NCBI GenBank assembly: GCA_009692765.1
Contig: SHYQ01000002.1
Coordinates: 12,476 to 76,475, forward strand
From: Dehalococcoidia bacterium
Lineage (GTDB): Bacteria; Chloroflexota; Dehalococcoidia; UBA2979
Direction: 5' to 3'
Length of the DNA stretch: 64,000 nucleotides
The notes below the pieces were generated by a model, which saw only the letters and a list, made by a program, of their open reading frames with translations, was not told the DNA's origin and did no database searches. The first letter of the stretch is position 1. The number at the start of each line of letters is the position of its first letter. Shown here piece by piece: positions 1-8,981 of the stretch. The translations under genes and the position numbers were made by a program.

Positions 1-1489
1 TCCACTGGCTCCACACGTTCGGGCCGCTCGCCCGCGCGTCGGCGATCGACACGAGGTAGAGCAGCCGGAGCGTCTGCGCGTCGCCGATGCGGCGCGCGGT
101 CTCTTCGATCACCGCGGGGTCAGCGATATCGCGGCGCGTCGCGATGTTCGGCAGCAGCAGGTGCAGCCGCACGGACGTGACCAGGCGATGCGCCACCTCG
201 GCCGGGAGGGCCGCGCGCTCCGCGAAGCGCTGCGCGATCAGCGCGCCCACCTCCGGGTGGTCGCCGCCGTGGCCCTTGCCGATGTCGTGCAGCAGCATCG
301 CGAGCAGCACCTCGTCGTCGTCGCCGAACTCGCGCGCGACGGCGGGCGTGCCCGCCTCGAACGTGTCCTCGCCGAGGATCGTGCGTGCCTCCACGACGGC
401 GCGCATGACGTGCACATCGACCGGGTGGATGTGGAACGGCGCGATGTGCGGCCGCGCGCGCAGCACCTCCCACTCCGGCAGCAACTCGCCGAGCCACGCC
501 GTCGCGGGCAGCGGTTCGAGGAGGCCACCCGCCTCCGCGGTGCGCAGCAGCGCCCGCACCGCATCGATGCCGCCGCGGGCCTCGAGGCTTCGCGTCGCGT
601 TGGCCGCCGGTCGCGCCGGGCGTCGCCAGGGCAGGCGCCAGCGCGGCGTCGAGGTCAGCCGCGCCGTCGCGGCGGCGTCGGCCTCGCGCATCGCCGCGTG
701 CAGGTGGCGGCCCCACTCGAGCGAGTCGACGCCGAGCCATTCCGCGACCGCGCGCGCCTGCTCCGGGCGGTAGGCGTCCGTGGGGCGCTCGGCGAGGGCG
801 TGCACCGCGTTGCGCGTGCGCAGCATGTGCTCGTGTGCCTCGACGAGGGCGTCCGGGTAGCGCGGCGGTTCCTCGCCGCGCGCGATCGCCTCGGCGGCAT
901 CGAGCCAGTGGACGGCCTGGATGTCGCGCAGTCCCCCGCGCCCGCCCTTCACGTCAGCGGCCAGCAGCTGCCACGGCTCGCGCTGCCGCGCCTGCTCGCG
1001 CCGCGCCGCCAGCTCGTCGCGCAGCCAGCCTCGACGCCCGCGCACGAGCGGCACACGCGCGTGCACGAACCGCTCGAAGAGCGCGCGGTCGCCGGCGACG
1101 TGCCGCGCGTCGAGGATCGCCGTGAACGTCTCCACGTTCGCCTCAGCGGCCTCGACGGCGTCCGCCACCGTGCGCACGGAGTGCCCGACCTTCAGCCCGG
1201 CGTCCCACAGCGGGTAGAGCGAGCGCAGCGCCCGGTTGTCGCCACTCCCCGCGATCAGCAGCATCACGTCGATGTCCGAGTGGCGCGCCTGCTCGCTCCG
1301 CCCCGAGCCGCCCACCGCCACCACAGCGAACGTGGCCCCCACGCCCGCCAGCTCCGCCAGCGCGGCGTCGAGCAGCCTCGTGAGCGCGAGGCACGCCTCC
1401 ATCCCCGCGTGCGCCGCCGCCCGCGGCGCGCGGTCGTCGCGCGCCGCGAGGTACCGCACGAGGGCCGGCGGGAGGGTAGTGGTGGTCAC
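1..1489 (-). CDS. glnD: [protein-PII] uridylyltransferase-like nucleotidyltransferase/HD-domain protein (3' end outside window)
   Basis: Minus frame is open from the window edge to GTG at 1489; it is absent from the ORF track because there is no stop in the window. Translation shows the nucleotidyltransferase motif GGSGRSEQARHSDIDVMLL and the HD motif LLHDIGKGHGGDH followed by LYLVSIADARASGP, as in GlnD. Confidence 0.8.
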   Translation of the reverse strand, partial: MTTTTLPPALVRYLAARDDRAPRAAAHAGMEACLALTRLLDAALAELAGVGATFAVVAVGGSGRSEQARHSDIDVMLLIAGSGDNRALRSLYPLWDAGLKVGHSVRTVADAVEAAEANVETFTAILDARHVAGDRALFERFVHARVPLVRGRRGWLRDELAARREQARQREPWQLLAADVKGGRGGLRDIQAVHWLDAAEAIARGEEPPRYPDALVEAHEHMLRTRNAVHALAERPTDAYRPEQARAVAEWLGVDSLEWGRHLHAAMREADAAATARLTSTPRWRLPWRRPARPAANATRSLEARGGIDAVRALLRTAEAGGLLEPLPATAWLGELLPEWEVLRARPHIAPFHIHPVDVHVMRAVVEARTILGEDTFEAGTPAVAREFGDDDEVLLAMLLHDIGKGHGGDHPEVGALIAQRFAERAALPAEVAHRLVTSVRLHLLLPNIATRRDIADPAVIEETARRIGDAQTLRLLYLVSIADARASGPNVWSQW

Positions 1490-1560
1490 GCTGGGAGTGT
1501 ACGAGACGGAATGTGTCCGCCGTGTGTCGCAGAGGGTGCCCCCGGCCCCCCGCCAGCGGC

Positions 1561-1566
1561 TACAAT
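1561..1566 (+). promoter_or_regulatory. candidate -10 hexamer TACAAT upstream of the methyltransferase
   Basis: Perfect TACAAT in an otherwise very GC-rich divergent intergenic region (glnD start 1489). No convincing -35 seen. Confidence 0.3.
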
Positions 1567-1671
1567 CCTCGTACCTCCCTAGGTACCCACCCGGCACCCC
1601 CTCGACGGAGCACACCCGCCATCGTCGCCCAGCGCGTCCGTACGCCCGCCGCCGACCGCGCTCGCGCCGCC

Positions 1672-2673
1672 GTGGCCGCGCGCCCGTTCGTGAAGTGGGC
1701 GGGGGGCAAGGGGCAGATGGCCCCCGCCATCGTCGCGCGCAGTCCGAGGCGGATCGAGACGTACTACGAGCCCTTCGCCGGCGGCGGCGCGATCTTCTTC
1801 GCGCTTGCGGCCGACCTCGCGCTGATGCCTCGCCTCGCCGTGCTCAACGACGCCAACCGCGACCTGATGACGGTGTACGAGGTCGTGCGTGACGACCTCG
1901 ACCGGCTGATCGCGCGCCTCGAGACGCTCGCCGAGGCGTACCTAGCGCTGGCGGCGCCGGAGCGCGTGCGCTACTACTACGAGCAGCGCGAGCGCACGCC
2001 GGACGACCGCGTGGACCTCGCGGCGCGGTTCCTGTTCCTCAACAAGACGTGCTTCAACGGGCTCTACCGCGTGAACCGGCGCGGCGAGTTCAACGTCCCG
2101 CACGGGCGCTACCTGCACCCGCGCATCGTCGACGCGCCGGGGCTGCGCTCGGCCTCGACGGCGCTGCGCGGCGTCACGCTCGAGTGCACCGACTTCGCGC
2201 AGGTCGTCGCCGAGGCGACGCGCGGCGACTTCGTCTACCTCGACCCGCCCTTCGAGCCGCTTTCGAAGACCTCGTCGTTCACCGGCTACACCGAGGGCGC
2301 GTTCGACCGGCACGAGCAGCTGCGCCTGAAATGGCTGATCGACGACCTCACCGACCGCGAGGTCGCGGTGATGCTGTCGAACTCGCCCGCGGAATGGATC
2401 CTCGGCGTGTACGAGGGCGACCGGCGCGGCTATCGCATCGAGCGGCTGCCCGCGCGCCGCGCGATCAACTCGCGCGGCGACCGTCGAGGCGCGATCGACG
2501 AACTGGTGGTGACGAACTACCCGCCCGAACTCGCGCGCGGCCGGCTGGAGTCCGCCTCTGAGTCTTCGTCTTCGTCACCCTCGTCCGAGGGCGCCTCGGG
2601 CGCATCGCCTGCATCGGCCGGCCCGCGGGTCGCTGCGGCGAAGCTGCCGCGCGGGGCCGGCAGCACGAAGTAG
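1672..2673 (+). CDS. Dam-type (D12 class) N6-adenine DNA methyltransferase
   Basis: Motifs FVKWAGGKGQ, YYEPFAGGGAIFF, NKTCFNGLYRVN and DPPF. The ORF is open from 1513, but GTG at 1672 gives the typical N-terminus (M)AARPFVKWAGGK. The Ser-rich C-terminal tail overlaps the convergent nuclease gene. Confidence 0.85.
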   Translation: MAARPFVKWAGGKGQMAPAIVARSPRRIETYYEPFAGGGAIFFALAADLALMPRLAVLNDANRDLMTVYEVVRDDLDRLIARLETLAEAYLALAAPERVRYYYEQRERTPDDRVDLAARFLFLNKTCFNGLYRVNRRGEFNVPHGRYLHPRIVDAPGLRSASTALRGVTLECTDFAQVVAEATRGDFVYLDPPFEPLSKTSSFTGYTEGAFDRHEQLRLKWLIDDLTDREVAVMLSNSPAEWILGVYEGDRRGYRIERLPARRAINSRGDRRGAIDELVVTNYPPELARGRLESASESSSSSPSSEGASGASPASAGPRVAAAKLPRGAGSTK

Positions 2674-3101
2674 AGCCGCAGCCACGTCTCCAGGTCGGCC
2701 AGGTCGACGGCCTTGCCGCTGGCCTGGAGGAACGCGCGCATGTTCGCGCTGAAGCCCGGGCCGTAGAAGCACACCAGGCCGGGGATCGGCCACGCCGCGA
2801 TGTCCTCGATCGTCGTGGGGATCTTCTCCTCCGCGCTGCCCGAGGTGCGCTGGTACTTCGCCTCGATGCCGAGCGAGCGACGCAGCGTCGGGTCCGTGAC
2901 GACGAGGTCGATGCGCCGTCGTGCGCCCCAGATGCGCCGCCCGACGTACACCTCCGTCTCCACCGCGAGCCCGAGGTCGCGCGCCACCTCGACGCACGCG
3001 GCAGTGAGCGACTGCCACGAGGTCGGCGCGAAGAAGTCGCCCTGCTCGCCCACGCCCGCGCGAGGCGCACGAGGTACACGCGGTAGGCGAGGCGCGGTCA
3101 T
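2517..3101 (-). CDS. PD-(D/E)XK-type nuclease, candidate restriction endonuclease partner of the Dam-like methyltransferase
   Basis: Core RRIDLVVTD...LGIEAKYQRTSGSAEEK gives a D...E-x-K arrangement. From memory it resembles the DpnII/MboI core fDFVi...IEvNFYsGSGSKlnE. ATG at 3101 lies 8 nt after the upstream stop; the ORF track start 3140 would overlap that gene. Acidic C-terminal tail. Confidence 0.55.
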   Translation of the reverse strand: MTAPRLPRVPRAPRAGVGEQGDFFAPTSWQSLTAACVEVARDLGLAVETEVYVGRRIWGARRRIDLVVTDPTLRRSLGIEAKYQRTSGSAEEKIPTTIEDIAAWPIPGLVCFYGPGFSANMRAFLQASGKAVDLADLETWLRLYFVLPAPRGSFAAATRGPADAGDAPEAPSDEGDEDEDSEADSSRPRASSGG

Positions 3102-3108
3102 GGCGTAC

Positions 3109-4185
3109 TCACGGCGTGATGCCTGCCTCGATCGGCCCAACGCCCACCGAGGCCGCGGCCAGCGCGATCTGCTTCCACGTCTCGTCGTCGAGTACGATGC
3201 CGTGCGCGTTGCGCGCCCGCAGCGCGCGGCGCTCCGGCTCGCCCGCCAGCAGCACCTCGTCCACGCCGGGCTGGAGCGGCGGCGCCTGCACGTGCTGCGC
3301 GAGCGCGGCGAACATCGCGGTGAAGACGTCGAGGCCCGCGAAGCGCTCCGGGTCGAGCGCCATCAGGAACACGCCGTTGCTGCCGCGCGCGCCCTCGACG
3401 GCGCTGCCCGCGCCGGAGAGCAGGCCCGACAGCGCCTCGACGGCCATGTTCAGCCCGAAGCCCTTGTAGCCGCTGGCGGGCCCGCCCACCGGCAGCAGCG
3501 CGCCCGCGCGCTCGTTGCCGCCGGCGCCGTAGAAGTCGCGCGGGTCGGTCGTCGGATGCCCGTCGCCGTCGAGGATCCACGCCTCGGGCACCGCCTTGCC
3601 GGCGTTGACCGCGACGCGCAGCTTGCCCTCCGCGACGACCGAGGTCGCCATGTCCAGCACGAAGGGCGCCGCAGGATCCTCGGTGGGCAGGGCGACCATG
3701 ATCGGGTTCGTGCCGAGCCGCCTCGACGCCCCGCCGAAGGCGGTGACGATGCGCGTGCCGGGCGTGTTCACGCTGCCGATGCCGATCATCCCCGCCGCGA
3801 CGGCCTGCTCGCCGTACGCGCCGACGCGGCCGATGTGCCCGCTGCGGAACGCCGAGGCCACGCCGACCCCGGTCTCCCGTGCCTTCGCGATTGCGATCCC
3901 CATGGCATAGGTGGCGACGACCGGGCCGTAGTTCAGGCCGCCGTCGATGAGCGCCGTCGAGACCGTCTCGCGCGCGATGCGCGGGCGCGCGCCCGGGACG
4001 ATCGCGCCGTCGCGCGCGCGCTCGACGTACGAGGTGATGCGGATCACCCCGTGCGAGTCGTGACCGCGCAGGTTCGCGCCGACAAGGTGCTCCGCGACGG
4101 TGCGCGCCTCCTGGGCGGGCGCCCCCGTGGCCGCGAAGATGCGCGCGGCGTACGCGGTCAGTGCCTCGACGGCGACGGTCGGCAT
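3109..4185 (-). CDS. Ldh_2 family malate/L-lactate/sulfolactate-type dehydrogenase
   Basis: MPTVAVEAL...GANLRGHDSHGVIR...GTNPIMVALP...ATSVVAEGK is typical of the Ldh_2 family. Only the C-terminal 358 codons of the 591-aa track ORF look real. Confidence 0.8.
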   Translation of the reverse strand: MPTVAVEALTAYAARIFAATGAPAQEARTVAEHLVGANLRGHDSHGVIRITSYVERARDGAIVPGARPRIARETVSTALIDGGLNYGPVVATYAMGIAIAKARETGVGVASAFRSGHIGRVGAYGEQAVAAGMIGIGSVNTPGTRIVTAFGGASRRLGTNPIMVALPTEDPAAPFVLDMATSVVAEGKLRVAVNAGKAVPEAWILDGDGHPTTDPRDFYGAGGNERAGALLPVGGPASGYKGFGLNMAVEALSGLLSGAGSAVEGARGSNGVFLMALDPERFAGLDVFTAMFAALAQHVQAPPLQPGVDEVLLAGEPERRALRARNAHGIVLDDETWKQIALAAASVGVGPIEAGITP

Positions 4186-4211
4186 GGCGCGCGCCTCCGG
4201 GGGGTCCGCGC

Positions 4212-5003
4212 CTACGCGCCGCCGATGACGCGCGCGACCTTTGTCTCGGTGCGCGCGGCGGCGAGGTCGGCGGCGGCCTTCGAGCGCATGGCGATCATGT
4301 CGGAGCCCAGCGTCACCATCTGGAAGCCCGCCTTCAGCCACTTGTTCGTGAAATCGAGGCCGCTCGTGTGCGCACCGGGGGCGACCTTGTGGCGCAGGCA
4401 CGCCTCGTAGATGCGCATCACCGCCGCCTCGTGGATCGGGTTCGTGTTGTCGCCGGTGGGCTGGAGCCCGAGGGCGTACGCGAGGTCCGAGGGCCCCATG
4501 TACGCGCAGTCCACCCCCGGCACCGACAGGATCTCGTCGAGGTTGGCGAGCCCCTCGGCGGTCTCGATCATCACGATGACCGCGATCTCGTCGTTGGCGT
4601 GCAGCGCGTAGTCGGCCCCGCCGTACAGCGAGGCGCGCACCGGCCCCGAGGAGCGTCCGCCGACGGGCGGGTACTTCGCGGCCCACACGGCGCGCTCGGC
4701 CTCGGCGCGGTTGTTCACCAGCGGCACCACCACGCCGTACGCGCCGGCGTCCAGCACCTTCATGATCGTCGCGGGGTCGTTCCACGGCACGCGCACGAAG
4801 GGGATGGTGTCGGTGGTGGAGATCGCGGTCATCATCGCGACCGCGTCGTGGTAGTCGATCAGGCCGTGCTGCATGTCCACGCACAGCCAGTCGTAGCCGG
4901 TGTGCGCCATCTGCTCGGCGGTGAGGCTGCTAGGGATCGAGAGCCAGGCGCCGATCGTCTGCGCCCCTTCTCGCCAGGCGCGGAGCGCGGTGTTCGGTCG
5001 CAT
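4212..5003 (-). CDS. HpcH/HpaI family aldolase (2-keto-3-deoxy-acid aldolase)
   Basis: GAWLSIPS...DWLCVDMQHG...VRVP...VIVMIETAEGLANLDEIL...GPSDLA pattern of HpcH/HpaI aldolases. Confidence 0.85.
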   Translation of the reverse strand: MRPNTALRAWREGAQTIGAWLSIPSSLTAEQMAHTGYDWLCVDMQHGLIDYHDAVAMMTAISTTDTIPFVRVPWNDPATIMKVLDAGAYGVVVPLVNNRAEAERAVWAAKYPPVGGRSSGPVRASLYGGADYALHANDEIAVIVMIETAEGLANLDEILSVPGVDCAYMGPSDLAYALGLQPTGDNTNPIHEAAVMRIYEACLRHKVAPGAHTSGLDFTNKWLKAGFQMVTLGSDMIAMRSKAAADLAAARTETKVARVIGGA

Positions 5004-5149
5004 GTCGATCCCTTCGAGGTACGGGCGGGAGCAGTCCGAGGGAGCATAGCGCGCGCCCGCGCGATACCACGTGCATCCCGCGTCGGGCGGCGTGCTTCGT
5101 CACGTCTCGCGGACCCCATGGGCCCCGCCTTTCAGCCGGCGACGTGGAA

Positions 5150-5302
5150 GAGCGCGAGGGCGTTCCGCCCATTCGTGGCTACCGCGGCGCCTTTCGTGGC
5201 TCCGTTCCGTCCCGGCGTGCGCCTGCCGCGCACACCTCCGCCGGGAGCGCGAGGGGCGCAGTCCTCCCGCGCAGGGAGGGGGCAGGGGGTGGGCGCCCCA
5301 CA
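5150..5302. repeat. intergenic hairpin-repeat block (modules D, B, C in reverse orientation)
   Basis: Contains CCATTCGTGGCTACCGCGGCG...CCGGCGTGCGCCT, CCGGGAGCGCGAGGGGCGCAG and CGCGCAGGGAGGGGGCAGGGGGTGGGCGCCCC, all shared with other loci. Confidence 0.75.
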
Positions 5303-5327
5303 CAGCACCTCTCGCCCACGCGGGCGC

Positions 5328-5333
5328 TACGAT
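5328..5333 (+). promoter_or_regulatory. candidate -10 hexamer TACGAT, 7 nt upstream of the ogt GTG (leaderless-type)
   Basis: TACGAT-N7-GTG. The same geometry recurs at four other genes in the window. Confidence 0.35.
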
Positions 5334-5340
5334 CGGGCGC

Positions 5341-5910
5341 GTGACGTACTACGACACGATCGAATCCCCCGTCGGCACGCTCTTCGTGGGCGGTTCAGCC
5401 GTCGGCGGCTCCGCGGCCGGCGTGCACCGCGTCGAGTTCGTGCGCGAAGCCGCAGACCTCGCGCGGTGGATCACCGCGATCGAACGCGACGCCGGCGCGG
5501 ACGTCGAGGATGGCCCGGCGCGGCGCGATAGCGCGGCCGCTGCCGAGGTGACGCGGCAGCTGCGCGCCTACTTCGCCGGCGAACGCGCCACCTTCGACCT
5601 GCCGCTCGCACCCCGAGGCACGGCGTTCCAGCAGCGCGTCTGGCTGGCGCTGCGCGCGATCCCGCACGGGCGCACCACCACCTACGGGGCGATCGCGGCC
5701 GCGATCGGGCAGCCCTCGGCGGCGCGCGCGGTCGGGCTCGCGATCGGGCGCAACCCGCTGGCGATCGTCGTGCCATGCCACCGCGTGATCGGCGCGGGGG
5801 GCGCGCTCACCGGCTACGCCGGCGGCCTCGACCGCAAGCGCTGGCTGCTCGCGCACGAAGGCGGCGCGCCGGCGCAGGCGGCGCTGCCCGCGCTCCTCGA
5901 GGCTTCGTAG
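5341..5910 (+). CDS. ogt: methylated-DNA--protein-cysteine methyltransferase (O6-alkylguanine repair)
   Basis: FQQRVWLALRAIPHGRTTTYGAIA...NPLAIVVPCHRVIGAGGALTGYAGG, with the PCHR active-site motif. Start GTG at 5341. Confidence 0.9.
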   Translation: MTYYDTIESPVGTLFVGGSAVGGSAAGVHRVEFVREAADLARWITAIERDAGADVEDGPARRDSAAAAEVTRQLRAYFAGERATFDLPLAPRGTAFQQRVWLALRAIPHGRTTTYGAIAAAIGQPSAARAVGLAIGRNPLAIVVPCHRVIGAGGALTGYAGGLDRKRWLLAHEGGAPAQAALPALLEAS

Positions 5911-5915
5911 TGGCG

Positions 5916-6338
5916 ATGAGCGCGGCGCGCCGCGTCACCGATCGCGTGTTCCGCCTGTGCGGTGTCGTCGCGCTGGTCGCGCTCGCCGCGACGGCCGCGT
6001 CGCTGGCGAGCGGGATCAGCGCGTGGCGCGTCCCCTTCGTGGCGGCGCACCTCGCGGCACTAATCGCGCTCGCGCCGCTGGGTGTGGTGCTCGCCGTCGA
6101 GGCGATCGCAGCGGCGCGTGTCGAGGCGGGGTCGCTCGCCGGCGTCCCGGCCGCCCTTGTGCGCCGGCGTCCCGTCGAGGTCACGCTGCTCGCGGTGGTC
6201 GCCGTCTCGATCGTGGTGTCGCTCGCGACGAACTTCTCAGAGGGCGCGCGGTGGGTGCGCACGACCGCCAACCTCGTGTCGGTCGCGGTCATCCTCGTGC
6301 TGGTGGCGCGCTACTTGCGCGCCGGGCGCGGAGCCTGA
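5916..6338 (+). CDS. hypothetical multi-pass membrane protein
   Basis: About 4 hydrophobic helices and no recognised family. Start (ATG 5916 or GTG 5910) abuts the ogt stop. Its last 35 bp are duplicated at 6957-6992. Confidence 0.5.
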   Translation: MSAARRVTDRVFRLCGVVALVALAATAASLASGISAWRVPFVAAHLAALIALAPLGVVLAVEAIAAARVEAGSLAGVPAALVRRRPVEVTLLAVVAVSIVVSLATNFSEGARWVRTTANLVSVAVILVLVARYLRAGRGA

Positions 6339-7335
6339 CGCGTGTCGAGGTGCTGCGCGGGAGGGGGAACCCTCACCCCCGGCCCCTCTCCCGCTTCGCG
6401 GGAGGGGGGAGTCAGAAATCAGAAGGTGATGCGAGGGGGCTGCGCCCCTCGCGCTCCCGGCGGAACGGCGCGCGGTAGGCGCCCCTACGGCGAGGTGGGA
6501 GCGGCCGGCGTCGAGGTGCTGGAGGGTGAACCCTCACCCCTGGCCCCTCTCCCGCGAAGCGGGAGAGGGGAGTCAGAAATCAGAAGGTGATGCGAGGGGC
6601 TGCGCCCCTCGCGCTCCCGGCGGAACGGCGCGCGGTAGGCGCGCCTGCGGCGAGGTGGGAGCGGCCGGCGTCGAGGTACTGCGCGGGAGGGGGAACCCTC
6701 ACCGCCGGCCCCTCTCCCGCTTCGCAGCAGAGGGGAGTCAGAAATCAGAAGGTGATGCGAGGGGGCTGCGCCCCTCGCGCTCCCAGCGGAACGGCGCGCG
6801 GTAGGCGCCCCTACGGCGAGGTGGGAGCGGCCGGCGTCGAGGTGCGGATGGGGGAAACCTCACCCCCGGCCCCTCTCCCACTTCGCAGGAGAGGGGAGTC
6901 AGAAATCCGCAGGTGATGCGAGGGGGCTGCGCCCCTCGCGCTCCCGGCGGAACGGCGCGCTACTTGCGCGCCGGGCGCGGAGCCTGACGCGCGTCGAGGT
7001 GCTGCGCGGGAGGGGGAACCCTCACCCCCGGCCCCTCTCCCGCTTCGCAGGAGTGGGGAGTTAGAAATCAGAAGGTGATGCGAGGGAGCTGCGCCCCTCG
7101 CGCTCCCGGCGGAACGGCGCGGGTAGGCGCGCCTACGGCGCGGGGGAGCGGCCGGCGCGCGGCGCCATCGAGCCGCATGGCGTGGTGCGCCCTCACCCTG
7201 CCCTCGCCCACTGCGTGGGCGAGGGTTCTGATCGGATCTGGCCCCCTCTCCTGCGGAGCGGGAGAGGGCGGGGGGTGAGGGCGCACCACGCCACGCCCCC
7301 GTATGAGCAGCGGCAGCGACGAACAGGCCGAAGGC
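6305..7335. repeat. tandem array of five ~160-bp composite hairpin-repeat units plus a nested-palindrome module
   Basis: Units start with GTCGAGGTRCTG at 6344, 6510, 6670, 6836 and 6993 (periods 166, 160, 166, 157). Each unit is module A plus TCAGAAATCAGAAGGTG plus module B. Module E lies at 7179-7292. Confidence 0.9.
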
Positions 7336-7336
7336 C

Positions 7337-8839
7337 TCAGACCGCCCAGGCCACGACAGCCTCGTCGTCGCGTATCACCTGCAGTGCGAGCGGCGGGTAG
7401 GGGTACAGTTGGCTCACGCGCATGCGCCGGCCGATCTCGATGACGACCTCGACGTGCTCGCGGGCGAGCGCGCCCGGCGAGTCGAGGCCCAGCGAGCGCG
7501 TCATCACCATCAGGTCCTCTTGCACCGCCGCGGCGTAGTTCGCGACGCGCGAGTGCTTCTGCGCCGGTACGAGGCCGCGCTGCCGCCAGCGGCTCTGCGT
7601 CGCGACCCCCGTTGGGCACTCGTTCGTGTGGCACTTCAGCGCCTAGATGCACCCGATCGAGAAGAGGAACCCGCGCCCGATGTTCACCATGTCAGCGCCC
7701 AGCGCCAGCGCGTACGCGGCCTCCGCGCCCGTGATGATGCGGCCCGCGCCGATGATCGTGATCTGATCGCGCACGCCCCAACGGCGGTAGGCGTCGTCCA
7801 CCACGACGAGCGCGTCGTGCAGCGGCACGCCCATGTGGTCCGACAGCGAGATCGGCGCCGCGCCGGTGCCGCCCTCGGCGCCGTCGACCGAGATGTAGTC
7901 GGGGCCGCGGCCCTCCTCGGCGCGCGCGCGCGCGAGGCCGTCGATGAACGCGGGGTCGCCGAGGACGATCTTGACGCCGACGGGCACCGGCACCTCGGCC
8001 TTCACGCGCTCGACGAAGTCGATCAGCTCGGGCAGCGTGCGGAACTCCGCGAAGCGGTTGGGGGAGAGCGAGTCCTCGCCCGCCGGGATGCCGCGGATGC
8101 CGGCGATCTCGGCGGTCACCTTCGCGGCGGGGAGGATGCCGCCTTTGCCGGGCTTGGCGCCCTGGCTGACCTTGATCTCGATCGCGCGGATCTGCTGCAT
8201 GCGGCCGATCTCGCGCAGGCGATCCCAGTCGAGGTCGCCGTTGTGGTGGCGCACGCCGTACTTCGCCGGCCCGATCTGGAAGATCACGTCGCCGCCGCCG
8301 CTGAGGTGGTACGGCGACAGGCCGCCTTCGCCGGTGTTGATGTAGACGCCCGCCTCGGCGGCGCCCCAGGCGAGGGCGCGCACGGCGGCCTCCGACAGCG
8401 CGCCGAAGGACATCGGCGCGATGTTGATGCGTGAGCGCGCCGCGAACGGGCGCGGGCGGTCGGGGCCGATCACGTGGGGCCGCGCGTCCTCGGGGGCCTC
8501 CTCGTGCAGCGTGGGGAAGGGCGAGGGGAGGAAGTGGAACTGGCCCGGGCGCCAGACGTCGTGCTGCGTGCCGAAGCCGACGGCGCTGTTCACGCCCTTC
8601 GCCGTCTGGTACACCCACGCCCGCTGCGAGCGGTAGAACGGGCGCTCCTCGAGGTCACTCGTGACGATGTACTGGCGGATCTCCGGCCCGATCGTCTCGA
8701 AGAAGTAGCGCAGACGCCCGAGCAGGGGGTACACTTGGCAGATCGTCTGCTTCGTCTGCAGCACGTCGACGACGCCGAGCGCGACGAGGGCCCCGATGGT
8801 GGCGATCGCGACGAGAGCCCAGGTAGGCATAGGAAACAC
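7337..8839 (-). pseudogene. FMN-binding glutamate synthase (GltB domain 2) family protein interrupted by an in-frame TAG
   Basis: The 398-aa ORF (7643-8839) ends ...FLFSIGCI*. It continues in the same frame as ALKCHTNECPTGVATQSRW...VANY... to the stop at 7337. The TAG (7643-7645) sits where the family has a conserved Gln (GCIQALKCH). Confidence 0.8.
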
Positions 8840-8981
8840 CTCACCAAGCCCGCACGCACGGGCCCCTACCCGGAGAGCATCGGCTGATGACGCTCAATCG
8901 CGCAATGGGTACGGCCCTGAGAGCAGTTTCGACAGCATCTCGCCGGCCGTGGTCCAGCCGCCGCCGGCCGCCGCCTGCGGT

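Noticed and set aside
161-1582. 473-aa plus-strand ORF, plus 87-773 and the other ORFs overlapping the first 1.5 kb
   Set aside because: The composition is Arg/Ala/Gly-dominated shadow sequence with no family motifs. The opposite strand reads as a clean GlnD-like protein (nucleotidyltransferase and HD motifs). It is a typical antisense ORF of a high-GC gene.
6342-7278. ORFs inside repeat blocks (6342-6590, 6526-6804, 6587-6916, 7075-7278, and similar ones at 18329-19191, 20034-20863, 34183-34724, 41796-42369, 48137-48520, 56512-57209, 61333-61827)
   Set aside because: They are translations of the hairpin repeats (PLSR.AGEGPGVR, GCAPRAPGGTARGRRA and similar). They are open in several frames and both strands, with no start or SD context.
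6305-7335. CRISPR array
   Set aside because: The units are ~160 bp and the whole unit is conserved. There are no short direct repeats alternating with unique spacers, and no cas genes are present in the window.
7643-7645. Pyrrolysine or other programmed recoding of the TAG in the GltB-family gene
   Set aside because: The aligned family position is, as far as I recall, a plain Gln. No pyl genes or recoding signals are visible in the window. A point mutation or base-call error is the simpler explanation.
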